DNA of 59,943 nt from an uncultured Candidatus Cloacimonadota bacterium (GCA_964578365.1 CAZOCS010000001.1:1-59943), one strand, 5' to 3'. Shown: positions 1 to 9,688, counted from the first letter of the stretch. The notes: generated by a model from the sequence alone, not told the origin. Program-made: numbers and translations.

Positions 1-103
1 TTACTGCCAAATTCTTTTGCACTTCGGCAGAAACAAAATGACCATTATGAATTGCTGCGCAAACTATTGGTGAATCATATTTAAAATCAAATTCTGCTAA
101 CAT
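1..103 (-). CDS. 5' end of a CDS running off the window (hypothetical protein, first 34 codons only)
   Basis: ATG at 103..101 on the minus strand opens MLAEFDFKYDSPIVCAAIHNGHFVSAEVQKNLAV with no stop before position 1. Too short to assign a family. Confidence 0.4.
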   Translation of the reverse strand, partial: MLAEFDFKYDSPIVCAAIHNGHFVSAEVQKNLAV

Positions 104-136
104 GAAATTTACCTATCTATAATAGAAACAACTCAA

Positions 137-206
137 AATTAACAACTCAGCACTTACAACTCAACACTTACAACTCAACACTTACAACTCAACACTTACA
201 ACTATT
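137..206. repeat. Tandem 14-nt repeat (cacttacaactcaa): three exact copies, one partial copy and a degenerate leading copy. It abuts and includes the stop codon of the M16 peptidase gene.
   Basis: Direct reading: 151..164, 165..178 and 179..192 are identical. 193..206 matches 11 of 14. 137..150 (aattaacaactcag) is degenerate. Confidence 0.9.
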
Positions 207-2799
207 CAACCATCAATTCAACATTTTCATCTGGTTCAGAGATAATAACAGCTTGATTAACAAAATACTTATTTGCTACAGTTTTGATCTGAGTTGGAGT
301 TATTTTCTTATATATTTCAGAAATTCTATCAAAGTAATCAAATCCTAAACCCATTGACTCATAACGAGTTATGTAATAGGGTAAAGAGTTGTCATTCAGC
401 AATGCTTTCATTATCTTCTCTGTTTCATCAACAGCACTGTTAATCTCTTCTACTGGAACTTCTTCATTCATAAGTTTAGCAAGTTCGTTCATCACCACAC
501 TTGTGAGTTCATCCTTCTTATCTATAGAGGTTTGGCTGTTCAACCTGAAATAACCAAAATTTTCGGAATACTCATAATTCGGGAAAGCATAATATGCCAG
601 ATTATTAGTTCCACGAACTGCCTGATGAAGTCGTCCACGCGATCCTGATAGAATCATATAGATCAGGTTCATTGTAATAAAATCTTCAGTAGCAAGTGGT
701 GGAGCAGGACAGTATATATCAAGGTTTAGCTGCTCGAATCCATATTTATTCAGGAAAGTTCCATTTTGGTCGGGAATTTTTGTAAAATTCTTTTCTAACT
801 TTATTTTATTATTTGGCATGTTTTTCTTGATATCTTTTGCAATCTGTGAAGCTTCTTTTTTTGTAATATCACCAAATAAAGTCACAATTATTTTTTCCGA
901 ATTGAATAGAGTTTTATGCAATTCTTGAAGATCTTTTTTTGTTAATGATAGAATAATATCTTTTTTTGCTTCACTGGAAAGTCCGGCACGGGAACCTGTG
1001 AATAGTATTGATTTAATATAATCTCTGTGTGCATTAGTAGCCCGGCTTTTAGAACGTTTGAATCTTGCATTCACTTCCTCTTTTGCCAAGGTTATCTCTG
1101 TATCTTCAAAGCTTGGATTCTTAAATGCATCGAACAGAATCTCTTCCAGTTTATCATAATCTGCTTTAAGACATTTGAACTCAATATTAATGCCATTCAC
1201 TGAACTATTAGTACTAAAGTATATCGCATGATCTTCCTTCCATTCTGTAATATCCAAAGAATTGAATTTTTTTGAACCACGGAACATCAGATTGGTCATA
1301 AAAGAGAGTGTACCTGCATTTTCAATTGTTTCGTAATTTGTAGATATAGGAAGATGAATGATCGCATCGATAAGAGGTTTCTCCGTATTCATTTTATGAA
1401 GAAGGATTAAGTTGTCATTTATCTCAACTTTCTCGATCTCCGATTTTTCGATAGAGGCGATATCCTTATCTTCTAATAATGCTTTTTCACCTTTTGGTAC
1501 TGCTTTAAAGATAATCCGGTTTTTAGAGACTAAGTGTTTTCTTAATTGGAAAGCAAGATCTTCTGCTGTTAATGACTCTAATATTTGAATCTGAGTTGGA
1601 TAAAAATCCGGTACATTATAAGACATCATTGTCCAACCAATTCTGTTTGCATCAGATGATACTCCTGGCGTGCGAAGTAGCCTATTAGCCTTCATCCTAT
1701 TAATATAATTCTGTAGATCCTCATCTGTGATCCCAGATTGACTGTATTTTTCTATCTCTTCATCAATGATGGAAATGATCAGGTCTATATCTGTAGATCT
1801 TTTTGGTTCAAATTGGATAGTGATCTCACCTTCTGGAGAGTTTGGGGCACTGCTTGCATAGCCATAGAATCCTCTGCTGTTCACCAACTGCAATTCCTCA
1901 ACAAGTTTATATCGGATTGGAGATTGTCTTTTAGAAAAAAGTATGCTAAGAGCTGCATTAAGTGCAGTTGCATCCTGGTAATCTGAGGCAGGTAGAATTG
2001 TAGAAATATAGACAGATGGTGATTCAATTTCAAATTCTTCTATATATTCTATAGAGCCTTCTCTCTGATGTTGAGTTGGTAAATAAACAGGTTCTATCTG
2101 TCTTCTGGGGAAATCCTTGAACGATTCAACTATCTCTTCCAACATCTCTTCAGCTTCGAAATTTCCAACTGCAACAAAAATCATATTATTAGGAGCATAT
2201 CTAGCTTTATAGTAGTCCTGTAATTCATCTCTACTGATAGTTTTAAACAATTCCGTAAAACCTATTACCGGATATCGCTTATTGGAATTTGGATAAACAA
2301 GTTCACCATGTCTTTGATAGATCTTAGAATGCGGGGGAGTAGATCGCATTACGATCTCTTTGAGGATAACTTCTTGTTCCCTTGCAACTTCAAAAGAATC
2401 ACAAATACTAAATTGTAACTGCTGGGAAAGATTTCTTAGAGCCATATCTTTGTATGGTTTATCTACAGTTATATGAAATGCTGTGACAGCCGAACTTGTG
2501 TAGGCATTTACAAGAGCTCCCATCTCTTTACCCATTTCGTTATATTCATCTTCCGTGTGAAATTCGGTTGTGCCGCTGGAAACGATATGTTCCAAAAAGT
2601 GGGAAATTCCTGCACCCAGATATTTTCCTTCATTCACAGAACCTGTTTTTACAAAGCAGTAAAATCCAACAGATTCATTTAATTTGTTTTCCTTCACAAC
2701 GATCTGCATTCCGTTTGTAAGCGTTAATTGCAATAATTCATTTGCAGAAACAGCTGTAATTGCAATTACCATGATGAGTAAAATTATTATTCTTTTCAA
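202..2799 (-). CDS. Secreted M16-family (insulinase/pitrilysin-like) zinc metallopeptidase, double-length form
   Basis: 865-aa ORF with N-terminal signal peptide MKRIIILLIMVIAITAVSA. Inverted zinc motif HxxEH in GISHFLEHIVSSG. The length fits two fused M16 halves. Confidence 0.9.
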   Translation of the reverse strand: MKRIIILLIMVIAITAVSANELLQLTLTNGMQIVVKENKLNESVGFYCFVKTGSVNEGKYLGAGISHFLEHIVSSGTTEFHTEDEYNEMGKEMGALVNAYTSSAVTAFHITVDKPYKDMALRNLSQQLQFSICDSFEVAREQEVILKEIVMRSTPPHSKIYQRHGELVYPNSNKRYPVIGFTELFKTISRDELQDYYKARYAPNNMIFVAVGNFEAEEMLEEIVESFKDFPRRQIEPVYLPTQHQREGSIEYIEEFEIESPSVYISTILPASDYQDATALNAALSILFSKRQSPIRYKLVEELQLVNSRGFYGYASSAPNSPEGEITIQFEPKRSTDIDLIISIIDEEIEKYSQSGITDEDLQNYINRMKANRLLRTPGVSSDANRIGWTMMSYNVPDFYPTQIQILESLTAEDLAFQLRKHLVSKNRIIFKAVPKGEKALLEDKDIASIEKSEIEKVEINDNLILLHKMNTEKPLIDAIIHLPISTNYETIENAGTLSFMTNLMFRGSKKFNSLDITEWKEDHAIYFSTNSSVNGINIEFKCLKADYDKLEEILFDAFKNPSFEDTEITLAKEEVNARFKRSKSRATNAHRDYIKSILFTGSRAGLSSEAKKDIILSLTKKDLQELHKTLFNSEKIIVTLFGDITKKEASQIAKDIKKNMPNNKIKLEKNFTKIPDQNGTFLNKYGFEQLNLDIYCPAPPLATEDFITMNLIYMILSGSRGRLHQAVRGTNNLAYYAFPNYEYSENFGYFRLNSQTSIDKKDELTSVVMNELAKLMNEEVPVEEINSAVDETEKIMKALLNDNSLPYYITRYESMGLGFDYFDRISEIYKKITPTQIKTVANKYFVNQAVIISEPDENVELMVE

Positions 2800-3003
2800 A
2801 ATCCCTCCAGAACTTCAATTATTTTTTATTTAACTAAATTTTGAATTGCATTTTTTGTTCCTGTATTTAATTGTAAATGTAATTTAATAAAAAATATAAA
2901 GTGTTTGACAATTAAATGTAGAATTGCACTTTCAAATCTGAACAAGAATTAAGAACTACTCCGTAAGAAATGAAAAAAATCAAAACAATAATAGGAGAAT
3001 TGT

Positions 3004-4176
3004 ATGAAAAAAACGACTTTATTTCTTTTAGGTTTTTTGTTATTAGTAAGTTTAAATTGGGGGCAGAATGCATGGATAAATGAATTACACTATGATAATA
3101 CTGTCCCTTCCGGTGATTTGAATGAAGGTATTGAAGTGATCATCGAAAATGCTGGAAATTTCACAATTTCAAACTTTACTGTTACGCTTTATAATGGTTC
3201 TGGTGGAGCAACTTATGGATCACATTCCTTAGATACTTTCATAACCGGCAACACAATTGGTGATTTTACTTTTTATCATAAAATGATTACCGGAATCCAA
3301 AATGGTGCTCCAGATGGTATGGCTTTGGATTATGAAGGAACACTGATTCAGTTCTTAAGCTATGAAGGTTCTTTTATTGCAGTTGATGGAGTTGCTAATG
3401 GTCAAACTTCTTCAGATATAGGGGTTATGGAATTATCTCCAACTACGGATATACAATCATTACAACTTATTGGATCTGGAACACAATACTCTGATTTTAC
3501 ATGGGCAGCTGGTCTTGTGCAAAACTGGGGAGCACCAAATAACGGAGGAGATCAAATCCTTCCTGTCAACCTCTCATCTTTTTATGCGCTTTATATTGAT
3601 GGTAATCCAACTCTTTATTGGACAACTCAAACCGAAACAGAAAATGCATATTGGAATGTTTACCGTGGATCAAATAATAGCATTACAGAAGCTGTGCATC
3701 TTAATGTAATCGATCCTGTCCCCGGCAATGGAACCACAACAAATCCAACAGATTATGTGTATGTAGATACAGCTCCCGTTATTCAAAATACAACTTACTG
3801 GTACTGGATTGAAGATGTATCTACTGATGGTGAAACAGAAGTTCATGTACCAATTACTCTATTCATCCCTTTTGAAGATTCTCCTATTGCGCCTGATACT
3901 TATGGATTGCATCAGAATTATCCAAATCCATTCAATCCTAGTACAATAATTAGTTTTGCGTTAGAAGCAGAGAGTTATGTAGAACTTATTATTTATAATG
4001 TGAAAGGAGAGATAATAAAATCCATCTTTAGTGATCGTGTTTATGCAGATCAAACTACTTCAGTGATCTGGGATGGAAACGATAAGTTAGATAAACAAGT
4101 TTCTTCTGGTGTTTACTTCTATAAACTCATCACAAACACTAAAGAATATCAGAAGAAAATGCTACTTATGAAATAA
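3004..4176 (+). CDS. Secreted protein with an N-terminal lamin-tail-like (LTD) domain and a T9SS-type C-terminal sorting domain
   Basis: Signal peptide MKKTTLFLLGFLLLVSLNWG. WINELHYDN...GDLNEGIEVI resembles the INExHYDN...EFVEx start of LTD domains in ExeM/NucH-type proteins. C-terminus LHQNYPNPFNPSTIISF...VSSGVYFYKL is the Por/T9SS CTD signature. Confidence 0.75.
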   Translation: MKKTTLFLLGFLLLVSLNWGQNAWINELHYDNTVPSGDLNEGIEVIIENAGNFTISNFTVTLYNGSGGATYGSHSLDTFITGNTIGDFTFYHKMITGIQNGAPDGMALDYEGTLIQFLSYEGSFIAVDGVANGQTSSDIGVMELSPTTDIQSLQLIGSGTQYSDFTWAAGLVQNWGAPNNGGDQILPVNLSSFYALYIDGNPTLYWTTQTETENAYWNVYRGSNNSITEAVHLNVIDPVPGNGTTTNPTDYVYVDTAPVIQNTTYWYWIEDVSTDGETEVHVPITLFIPFEDSPIAPDTYGLHQNYPNPFNPSTIISFALEAESYVELIIYNVKGEIIKSIFSDRVYADQTTSVIWDGNDKLDKQVSSGVYFYKLITNTKEYQKKMLLMK

Positions 4177-4323
4177 TAATATAAGAAAAAAATAAAAGAT
4201 GTGGTTTAAAAAAAGACTCCTTTTTGTTATTAATAATAAAACTTAAACCGAATCTAAAAAATTACTTGTCATTATATCTCTAATTTTAGATTCTACCTTA
4301 GTATTTATTAGTATGGAGTGTAT

Positions 4324-5421
4324 ATGAAAAAAAGGTGTCTTGTAGCTACCGGTGGAGGTGATTGCCCAGGTTTGAATGCTGTTATTAGGGCAATTGTTAA
4401 ACGGGCATCAAAAGAGCAGGATTGGGAAATTATCGGTAGCAGAGATGCATTTGATGGTATTTTACGAGACCCAATGGAAATAATAGATCTGGATAATTCT
4501 AATGTTGCTGGAATTCATGTACGAGGCGGCACTATTTTAGGTACTACGAACAAAGGTGGACCCTTTGCTTGGGCAGTTAAAGATAATGATGGCAACTGGA
4601 AAGAAGAAGATCACTCTGCTGAAATGTTGAGAAAGTTAGAATTCCTAAATGTACACGCAGTTATAAATATTGGTGGTGATGGTTCACAAATAATATCTCA
4701 GCAACTTTATGAAATGGGTTGCAATATCATCGGAGTTCCCAAAACTATTGATAACGATCTTGGTGCAACAGATGTAACTTTTGGTTTTCCCACGGCAGTA
4801 GAAATTGCTACGGATGCAGTGGATAAACTTGTTACAACTGCAGAAAGCCATAACCGCATATTAATTCTGGAAGTAATGGGAAGAGAAGCCGGCTGGATAG
4901 CTCTTCATGCTGCTGTTGCAGGTGGAGCTGAGGTTTGTTTGATCCCGGAAATACCATACGATATAAATAAAGTAATAGAACGTATCAATAAAAGGATCCA
5001 TCATTCTCGCGGTTTTGTTAATATAGTGATCTCTGAAGGAGCTCGTTCTATCAACGGAGACAAACAATATATGAAGGACGATGAATTTGGTAATCATAAT
5101 CTACGATTGGGTGGAGCTGGTTACCGATTGATGTATGAATTAAAAAAGAGTGGTGTAGCTACAGACATAAGAGTAACATTACTCGGCCATCTGCAACGAG
5201 GTGGCAAACCAATTTCTTACGATAGAATATTGGCAACTAAATTCGGTGTGAAAGCATTTGAAATGGTTTTAAATAAAGAGTTTGGCAATATGGCTGCTTT
5301 GCAGGATGGAAAGTTGGTTTCGGTACCTATTAGCGATGCGATAGAAAAATATAATTATGTGGATCTGAATTCTGATCTGGTTCTAACTGCCAGAGATATT
5401 GATATAAGTTTTGGTGATTAA
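4324..5421 (+). CDS. pfkA: 6-phosphofructokinase (PfkA family, GGDGS type, probably ATP-dependent)
   Basis: Motifs GGGDCPGLNAVIR, NIGGDGSQ, PKTIDNDL and MGREAGW. The ATG at 4324 follows GGAG. The track ORF begins at a GTG at 4318. Confidence 0.9.
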   Translation: MKKRCLVATGGGDCPGLNAVIRAIVKRASKEQDWEIIGSRDAFDGILRDPMEIIDLDNSNVAGIHVRGGTILGTTNKGGPFAWAVKDNDGNWKEEDHSAEMLRKLEFLNVHAVINIGGDGSQIISQQLYEMGCNIIGVPKTIDNDLGATDVTFGFPTAVEIATDAVDKLVTTAESHNRILILEVMGREAGWIALHAAVAGGAEVCLIPEIPYDINKVIERINKRIHHSRGFVNIVISEGARSINGDKQYMKDDEFGNHNLRLGGAGYRLMYELKKSGVATDIRVTLLGHLQRGGKPISYDRILATKFGVKAFEMVLNKEFGNMAALQDGKLVSVPISDAIEKYNYVDLNSDLVLTARDIDISFGD

Positions 5422-5432
5422 GTTTATATAAT

Positions 5433-5495
5433 TGTCATCCTGAGCTTGTCGAAGGATAGTGAATTCCTTCACACTTCGATGAACTCAGTGTGACA
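5433..5495. repeat. Long imperfect hairpin repeat (tgtcatcctgagcttgtcgaagg ... cttcgatgaactcagtgtgaca) between the two PFK genes
   Basis: The arms pair over about 23 positions with a few mismatches and G-U pairs. The left-arm sequence gtcatcctgagcttgtcgaagga is a motif I recognise as a widespread intergenic repeat in FCB-group genomes. No T-run follows. Confidence 0.6.
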
Positions 5496-5527
5496 TAAGA
5501 AGTAAATAGTAATTGTCGGGAGAAATA

Positions 5528-6730
5528 ATGGCAAAAGATAAAGTTGCAATACTAACAGCAGGAGGATTGGCTCCTTGCCTTTCTTCATCGATTGGAAGAT
5601 TGATCATACAATACACAAAATTAGTTCCAAATGTTGAGATCATTGGCTATCTTAATGGCTTTAAAGGGCTTTTGGAAGGAAACTCGATCACTATTCCGGA
5701 TAATGTAAGACATTCAGCAGAACTTTTATATAAATTCGGTGGAAGTGTTCTGGGTAACAGTCGCGTAAAACTAACAAATATTGAAGATTGTGTAAAAAAA
5801 GGTTATGTAAAAAAAGGTGAAAATCCATTGCAGGTTGCTGCGGAGCAACTCATCAAAGATGGTGTAACAATACTTCACACAATTGGTGGTGATGATACCA
5901 ATACTACAGCTGCTGAGCTTGCCAGTTATCTCGCATTAAGCGGATATGACCTGGTTGTTGTAGGAATACCAAAAACAGTTGATAATGATATAATTCCAAT
6001 TACACAAAGTCTGGGAGCGTGGACGGCAGCAGAACAGAGCGCAATTTTCTTTGAGAATATAGTAAATGAGAATACGACCAGTTCCCGTCAGTTGATCGTC
6101 CATGAAGTTATGGGTAGAAATTGTGGCTGGCTAACAGCAGCTACAGCTTATGAATATAGGAAGAGACTTGAAAAGAGAACTTTCTTACCTGATATCAGAC
6201 TTAGCAAAGAACGTTGGGATATTGATGCTGTATTCATTCCTGAAATGACTCTGGATCTTCCAAAAGAGATGAAAAGATTATCAAAATTGATGGATGAAAA
6301 AGATTGTGTTAATATATTCTTGAGTGAAGGGGCAGGTATTGGAACAATTGTTGCAGAGATGGAATCAAATGGAGAAGAGGTAAGAAGAGATGCTTTTGGA
6401 CATGTTCGATTGGATGAATTGAATCCGGGGCAGTGGTTTGCAAAGAAATTTACTAAATTACTAAAAGCAGAGAAAACACTGGTTCAAAAAAGTGGGTATT
6501 TTGCCAGATCTTCGGCTCCCAATGATAGAGATCTAAAATTGATCATAGCTTCAGCTGATCTGGCTGTAAAGGCAGCAATAAATGGGCAAAGTGGTGTCAT
6601 TGGTGAGGATGAGGAAGAGGATGGAAAACTTAGTATTATAGATTTTGCCCGTATAAGAGGTGGAAAATCTTTTGATATTTCTTATAAGTGGTTTACAGAT
6701 ATGCTAAAAGAAATTGGACAAATTAGATAA
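5528..6730 (+). CDS. pfp: Pyrophosphate-dependent 6-phosphofructokinase (PPi-PFK type, GGDD motif)
   Basis: Motifs TAGGLAPCLSS, TIGGDDTNTTA (Asp where ATP-PFKs have Gly), PKTVDNDI and MGRNCGWL. The ATG at 5528 follows GGGAG. Confidence 0.85.
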   Translation: MAKDKVAILTAGGLAPCLSSSIGRLIIQYTKLVPNVEIIGYLNGFKGLLEGNSITIPDNVRHSAELLYKFGGSVLGNSRVKLTNIEDCVKKGYVKKGENPLQVAAEQLIKDGVTILHTIGGDDTNTTAAELASYLALSGYDLVVVGIPKTVDNDIIPITQSLGAWTAAEQSAIFFENIVNENTTSSRQLIVHEVMGRNCGWLTAATAYEYRKRLEKRTFLPDIRLSKERWDIDAVFIPEMTLDLPKEMKRLSKLMDEKDCVNIFLSEGAGIGTIVAEMESNGEEVRRDAFGHVRLDELNPGQWFAKKFTKLLKAEKTLVQKSGYFARSSAPNDRDLKLIIASADLAVKAAINGQSGVIGEDEEEDGKLSIIDFARIRGGKSFDISYKWFTDMLKEIGQIR

Positions 6731-6751
6731 TAGAGGAGTAGGTAAAAAAAA

Positions 6752-7039
6752 ATGAAAATTAGATTTAAAGATGTAAGTTCAGGAATAGTAGAAGCACGTG
6801 CGGTTATTGAGATAATTCCAGGTATTTATATAAATGAGGTAACTATCCTGAACAAAGATGGTGATATTATAATTGAACTTCCCCAGAAGAGTTTCAGAGG
6901 TAAAGATGAGAGAATGCACTACTTGAATATTCTAACTTTTGAAAATGAGAATAAAGAAACTTTGTGGATAATGGATGTTAAAGAAGAGTATCTTGCTTGG
7001 CGTAAGAATAATAAAAAAGTTTTAGTTTACGAAGGATAA
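6752..7039 (+). CDS. Small conserved hypothetical protein, possibly SpoVG-like
   Basis: 95-aa ORF behind a strong RBS (GAGGAG). The pattern VEARAVIEI..IYINEVTILNKDGDIIIELPQKSF.GKDE loosely parallels SpoVG (..IASIT..FVVHDIRVI.G..GLFVAMPS...DGE). The alignment is from memory only. Confidence 0.35.
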   Translation: MKIRFKDVSSGIVEARAVIEIIPGIYINEVTILNKDGDIIIELPQKSFRGKDERMHYLNILTFENENKETLWIMDVKEEYLAWRKNNKKVLVYEG

Positions 7040-7103
7040 TGAATATTAAGAAAGGATAAGAGTTGGGAATTTATTAACTCCCGTTACTTGTTTCCTATAG
7101 AAT

Positions 7104-8396
7104 ATGAGTAATAACGAAAGAGTGTTGTTAATTGGTGTAACCTGGGGAGATGAATCCGCAGAGCATTTTAAAGAATCAATGGAAGAACTGCGTCAATTGG
7201 CTGATACTGCAGGTTGCGAAGTAATAGATACGTTTTCTCAAGCAGCAAAAAGACCAAATACATCAACTTATGTAGGAAAAGGAAAACTGCATGAAATTAG
7301 AAATGCAGCTACTAATTTTCATGTTCACACACTTATTTTTAATAACAATCTCTCTCCTTCTCAATCACGTAATATTTCTGATGTTTCCGGTTGTAATGTA
7401 GTTGATAGAACTGAGATAATCTTAGATATTTTTGCCAATCATGCCAGAACCAAGCAATCTAAATTACAAGTTGAACTTGCTCAATTGGAATATGCATATA
7501 CAAAACTGAAAAGAAAATGGAAGCATCTATCCAGGATTCAGGGGGGTATAGGATTTCGTGGTCCGGGAGAAACACAAATAGAAGTAGATAGACGTGAGAT
7601 CCGCAAGAAAACAACTGTTCTTAAGAAAAAAATTAAAAATATTGAACAAGTATCTTTGACCAAAAGAAATAAGCGAAAAGATATAACATCTATTGCGTTG
7701 GTTGGATACACAAATGCAGGTAAATCTACTTTATTCAATAAGTTAACAGATGAGAGCAGATATGTTGCAGATCAGCTTTTTGCAACATTAGATTCCAAAA
7801 CACGAGCAATTGAAACAGAATCCAAAGAAAAAGTTGTGATCACTGATACTATCGGATTTATTTGTAAACTTCCTCATAAACTTGTATCATCTTTTCATTC
7901 TACTTTATTAGAAGTTTTAGAAGCTGATCTACTGTTGCATGTTGTAGATGTTTCCTACCCAAATCTACTTGAATTAATTGAAGCGGTTGAAGGGGTTCTT
8001 CAAGATATCAAAGTTGAACAAAAAAGTATTCTTATTGTGTTTAACAAAACAGATAAAGTGAACGGAAACCATTATTTATTCACTAAGAAAAAACTGATCA
8101 ATAAATATCCCGACAGTGTTTTTATATCTGCAAAAACAGGTGAAGGAATTGATAAATTGCACGAGAAGATAGAAGAGTTTATACAAAGATCAAAGAAATA
8201 TATCGAACTGGAAGTTCCAGTAGATATGCAGAATTTGATATCTTTTATACACAAGAATGCAGAAATAATTGAAAGTAATTATAATAAAACAACTAATTCT
8301 CAAGCTCTCAAATTAAAAATTAGTAGACAATTATTAGAAGGAATTAAAAAACAAATAGAGGATTATAAATTATTAAAATTTATTAATAATAAATAA
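7104..8396 (+). CDS. hflX: GTPase HflX
   Basis: HflX N-terminal domain followed by G motifs GYTNAGKSTLFN, DTIGFI and NKTD. Length 430 aa. Confidence 0.93.
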   Translation: MSNNERVLLIGVTWGDESAEHFKESMEELRQLADTAGCEVIDTFSQAAKRPNTSTYVGKGKLHEIRNAATNFHVHTLIFNNNLSPSQSRNISDVSGCNVVDRTEIILDIFANHARTKQSKLQVELAQLEYAYTKLKRKWKHLSRIQGGIGFRGPGETQIEVDRREIRKKTTVLKKKIKNIEQVSLTKRNKRKDITSIALVGYTNAGKSTLFNKLTDESRYVADQLFATLDSKTRAIETESKEKVVITDTIGFICKLPHKLVSSFHSTLLEVLEADLLLHVVDVSYPNLLELIEAVEGVLQDIKVEQKSILIVFNKTDKVNGNHYLFTKKKLINKYPDSVFISAKTGEGIDKLHEKIEEFIQRSKKYIELEVPVDMQNLISFIHKNAEIIESNYNKTTNSQALKLKISRQLLEGIKKQIEDYKLLKFINNK

Positions 8397-8430
8397 AATA
8401 TATATAAAAAAAAGAAAAAAGGAGTTTAAA

Positions 8431-9639
8431 ATGGTGAGTGATTTACAGAGCATTCTTTCTGATGCTGCCAGAGGGATGAAGAAATCTGCAATACGTGAAC
8501 TTCTAAAGCTAACAAAAGATCCTGAAATTATTTCATTTGCAGGAGGATTACCTGCACCCGAAACTTTTCCGATCGAAGAACTTGTGGAGATCACAAATGA
8601 AGTATTGCGTGAAGATGGAGAAAAAGCATTACAATATGGCTCAACTGAGGGTGATGACAAATTACGTGAATTGATAGCTGAACTTTATAAGAAAATGGGT
8701 TTTGATATTTCAATAAAGAATGTAATGATAACAACAGCTTCTCAACAGGGTCTTGATCTTCTTGCCAAGATATTCATTAACAGGGGAGATAAAATTTTAG
8801 TTGGGTTACCATCTTACTTAGGTGGCTTACAGGCTTTTAAAGCTTATGGTGCTGAACTTGTGGGGATAGAATTTGATGAAAGTGGGATGCGCTCTGATGA
8901 TCTGGAAACCAAACTTGCAGAGCTCAAAGTTGCTAATGATCTTCCCAAATTCATCTACATTATTCCAGATTTTCAAAATCCTGCCGGGGTAACAATGCCG
9001 GAAAAAAGAAGAAAAGAGATAATTGAGATAGCTAGAAAATATGATATTCTAATTATTGAAGACAGCCCTTATAAAGAGATCAGATTTGAAGGTAAACATC
9101 AGGAAAGTTTATATACACTCGAAGGTAGGGGACAAGTTATCAATTTTGGAACTTTCTCTAAGATATTTGTTCCAGGTTTCAGGATCGGCTGGGTAATAGC
9201 ATATCCCGAGATCATTGATAAATTTGTTAAAGCTAAACAGGCAACGGATCTTTGCACTTCACCTTTTGTACAGAAAATAGCTGCAAAGTATATGGAAAAA
9301 GGTTGCTTTGAGAGTAACCTTAAAAAAACAATTCAACTTTATAAAGAGAAGAAAGATATCATGATGAAAGCATTTGAAAAGTATATGCCGGAAGGTGTTA
9401 CATGGACAAAGCCGGAAGGTGGATTGTTCCTGTTTATTACTTTACCTGAATATATGGATTCAGAGATTCTCTTTCAAAAAGCAATAAAGAAGAAGGTTGC
9501 TTTTGTTGTCGGTCACGCTTTCTATTGTAATGGTAAAGGTAGGAACACAATGCGCATTAATTTCTCATATGTTCCCAAAGATCTCAGTGAAATTGGTGTT
9601 AAGCGTTTGGCTGAAGTCATTAGATCTGAGATGAGATAA
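8431..9639 (+). CDS. PLP-dependent aminotransferase, class I/II fold (2-aminoadipate/aromatic aminotransferase-like, COG1167 type)
   Basis: SFAGGLPAPETFP, PDFQNPAGVT and the PLP-lysine context TFSKIFVPGFRIGW. Length 402 aa. Confidence 0.85.
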   Translation: MVSDLQSILSDAARGMKKSAIRELLKLTKDPEIISFAGGLPAPETFPIEELVEITNEVLREDGEKALQYGSTEGDDKLRELIAELYKKMGFDISIKNVMITTASQQGLDLLAKIFINRGDKILVGLPSYLGGLQAFKAYGAELVGIEFDESGMRSDDLETKLAELKVANDLPKFIYIIPDFQNPAGVTMPEKRRKEIIEIARKYDILIIEDSPYKEIRFEGKHQESLYTLEGRGQVINFGTFSKIFVPGFRIGWVIAYPEIIDKFVKAKQATDLCTSPFVQKIAAKYMEKGCFESNLKKTIQLYKEKKDIMMKAFEKYMPEGVTWTKPEGGLFLFITLPEYMDSEILFQKAIKKKVAFVVGHAFYCNGKGRNTMRINFSYVPKDLSEIGVKRLAEVIRSEMR

Positions 9640-9658
9640 ATGTTTAGAACTCTATTAA

Positions 9659-9688
9659 GGAGAAGTCTTATGGCTTCTTCTTTTTTTT
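9659..9688 (+). terminator. Possible weak intrinsic terminator after the aminotransferase gene
   Basis: agaag(9661..9665)/cttct(9675..9679) short stem followed by a run of about ten T through 9688. Confidence 0.4.
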
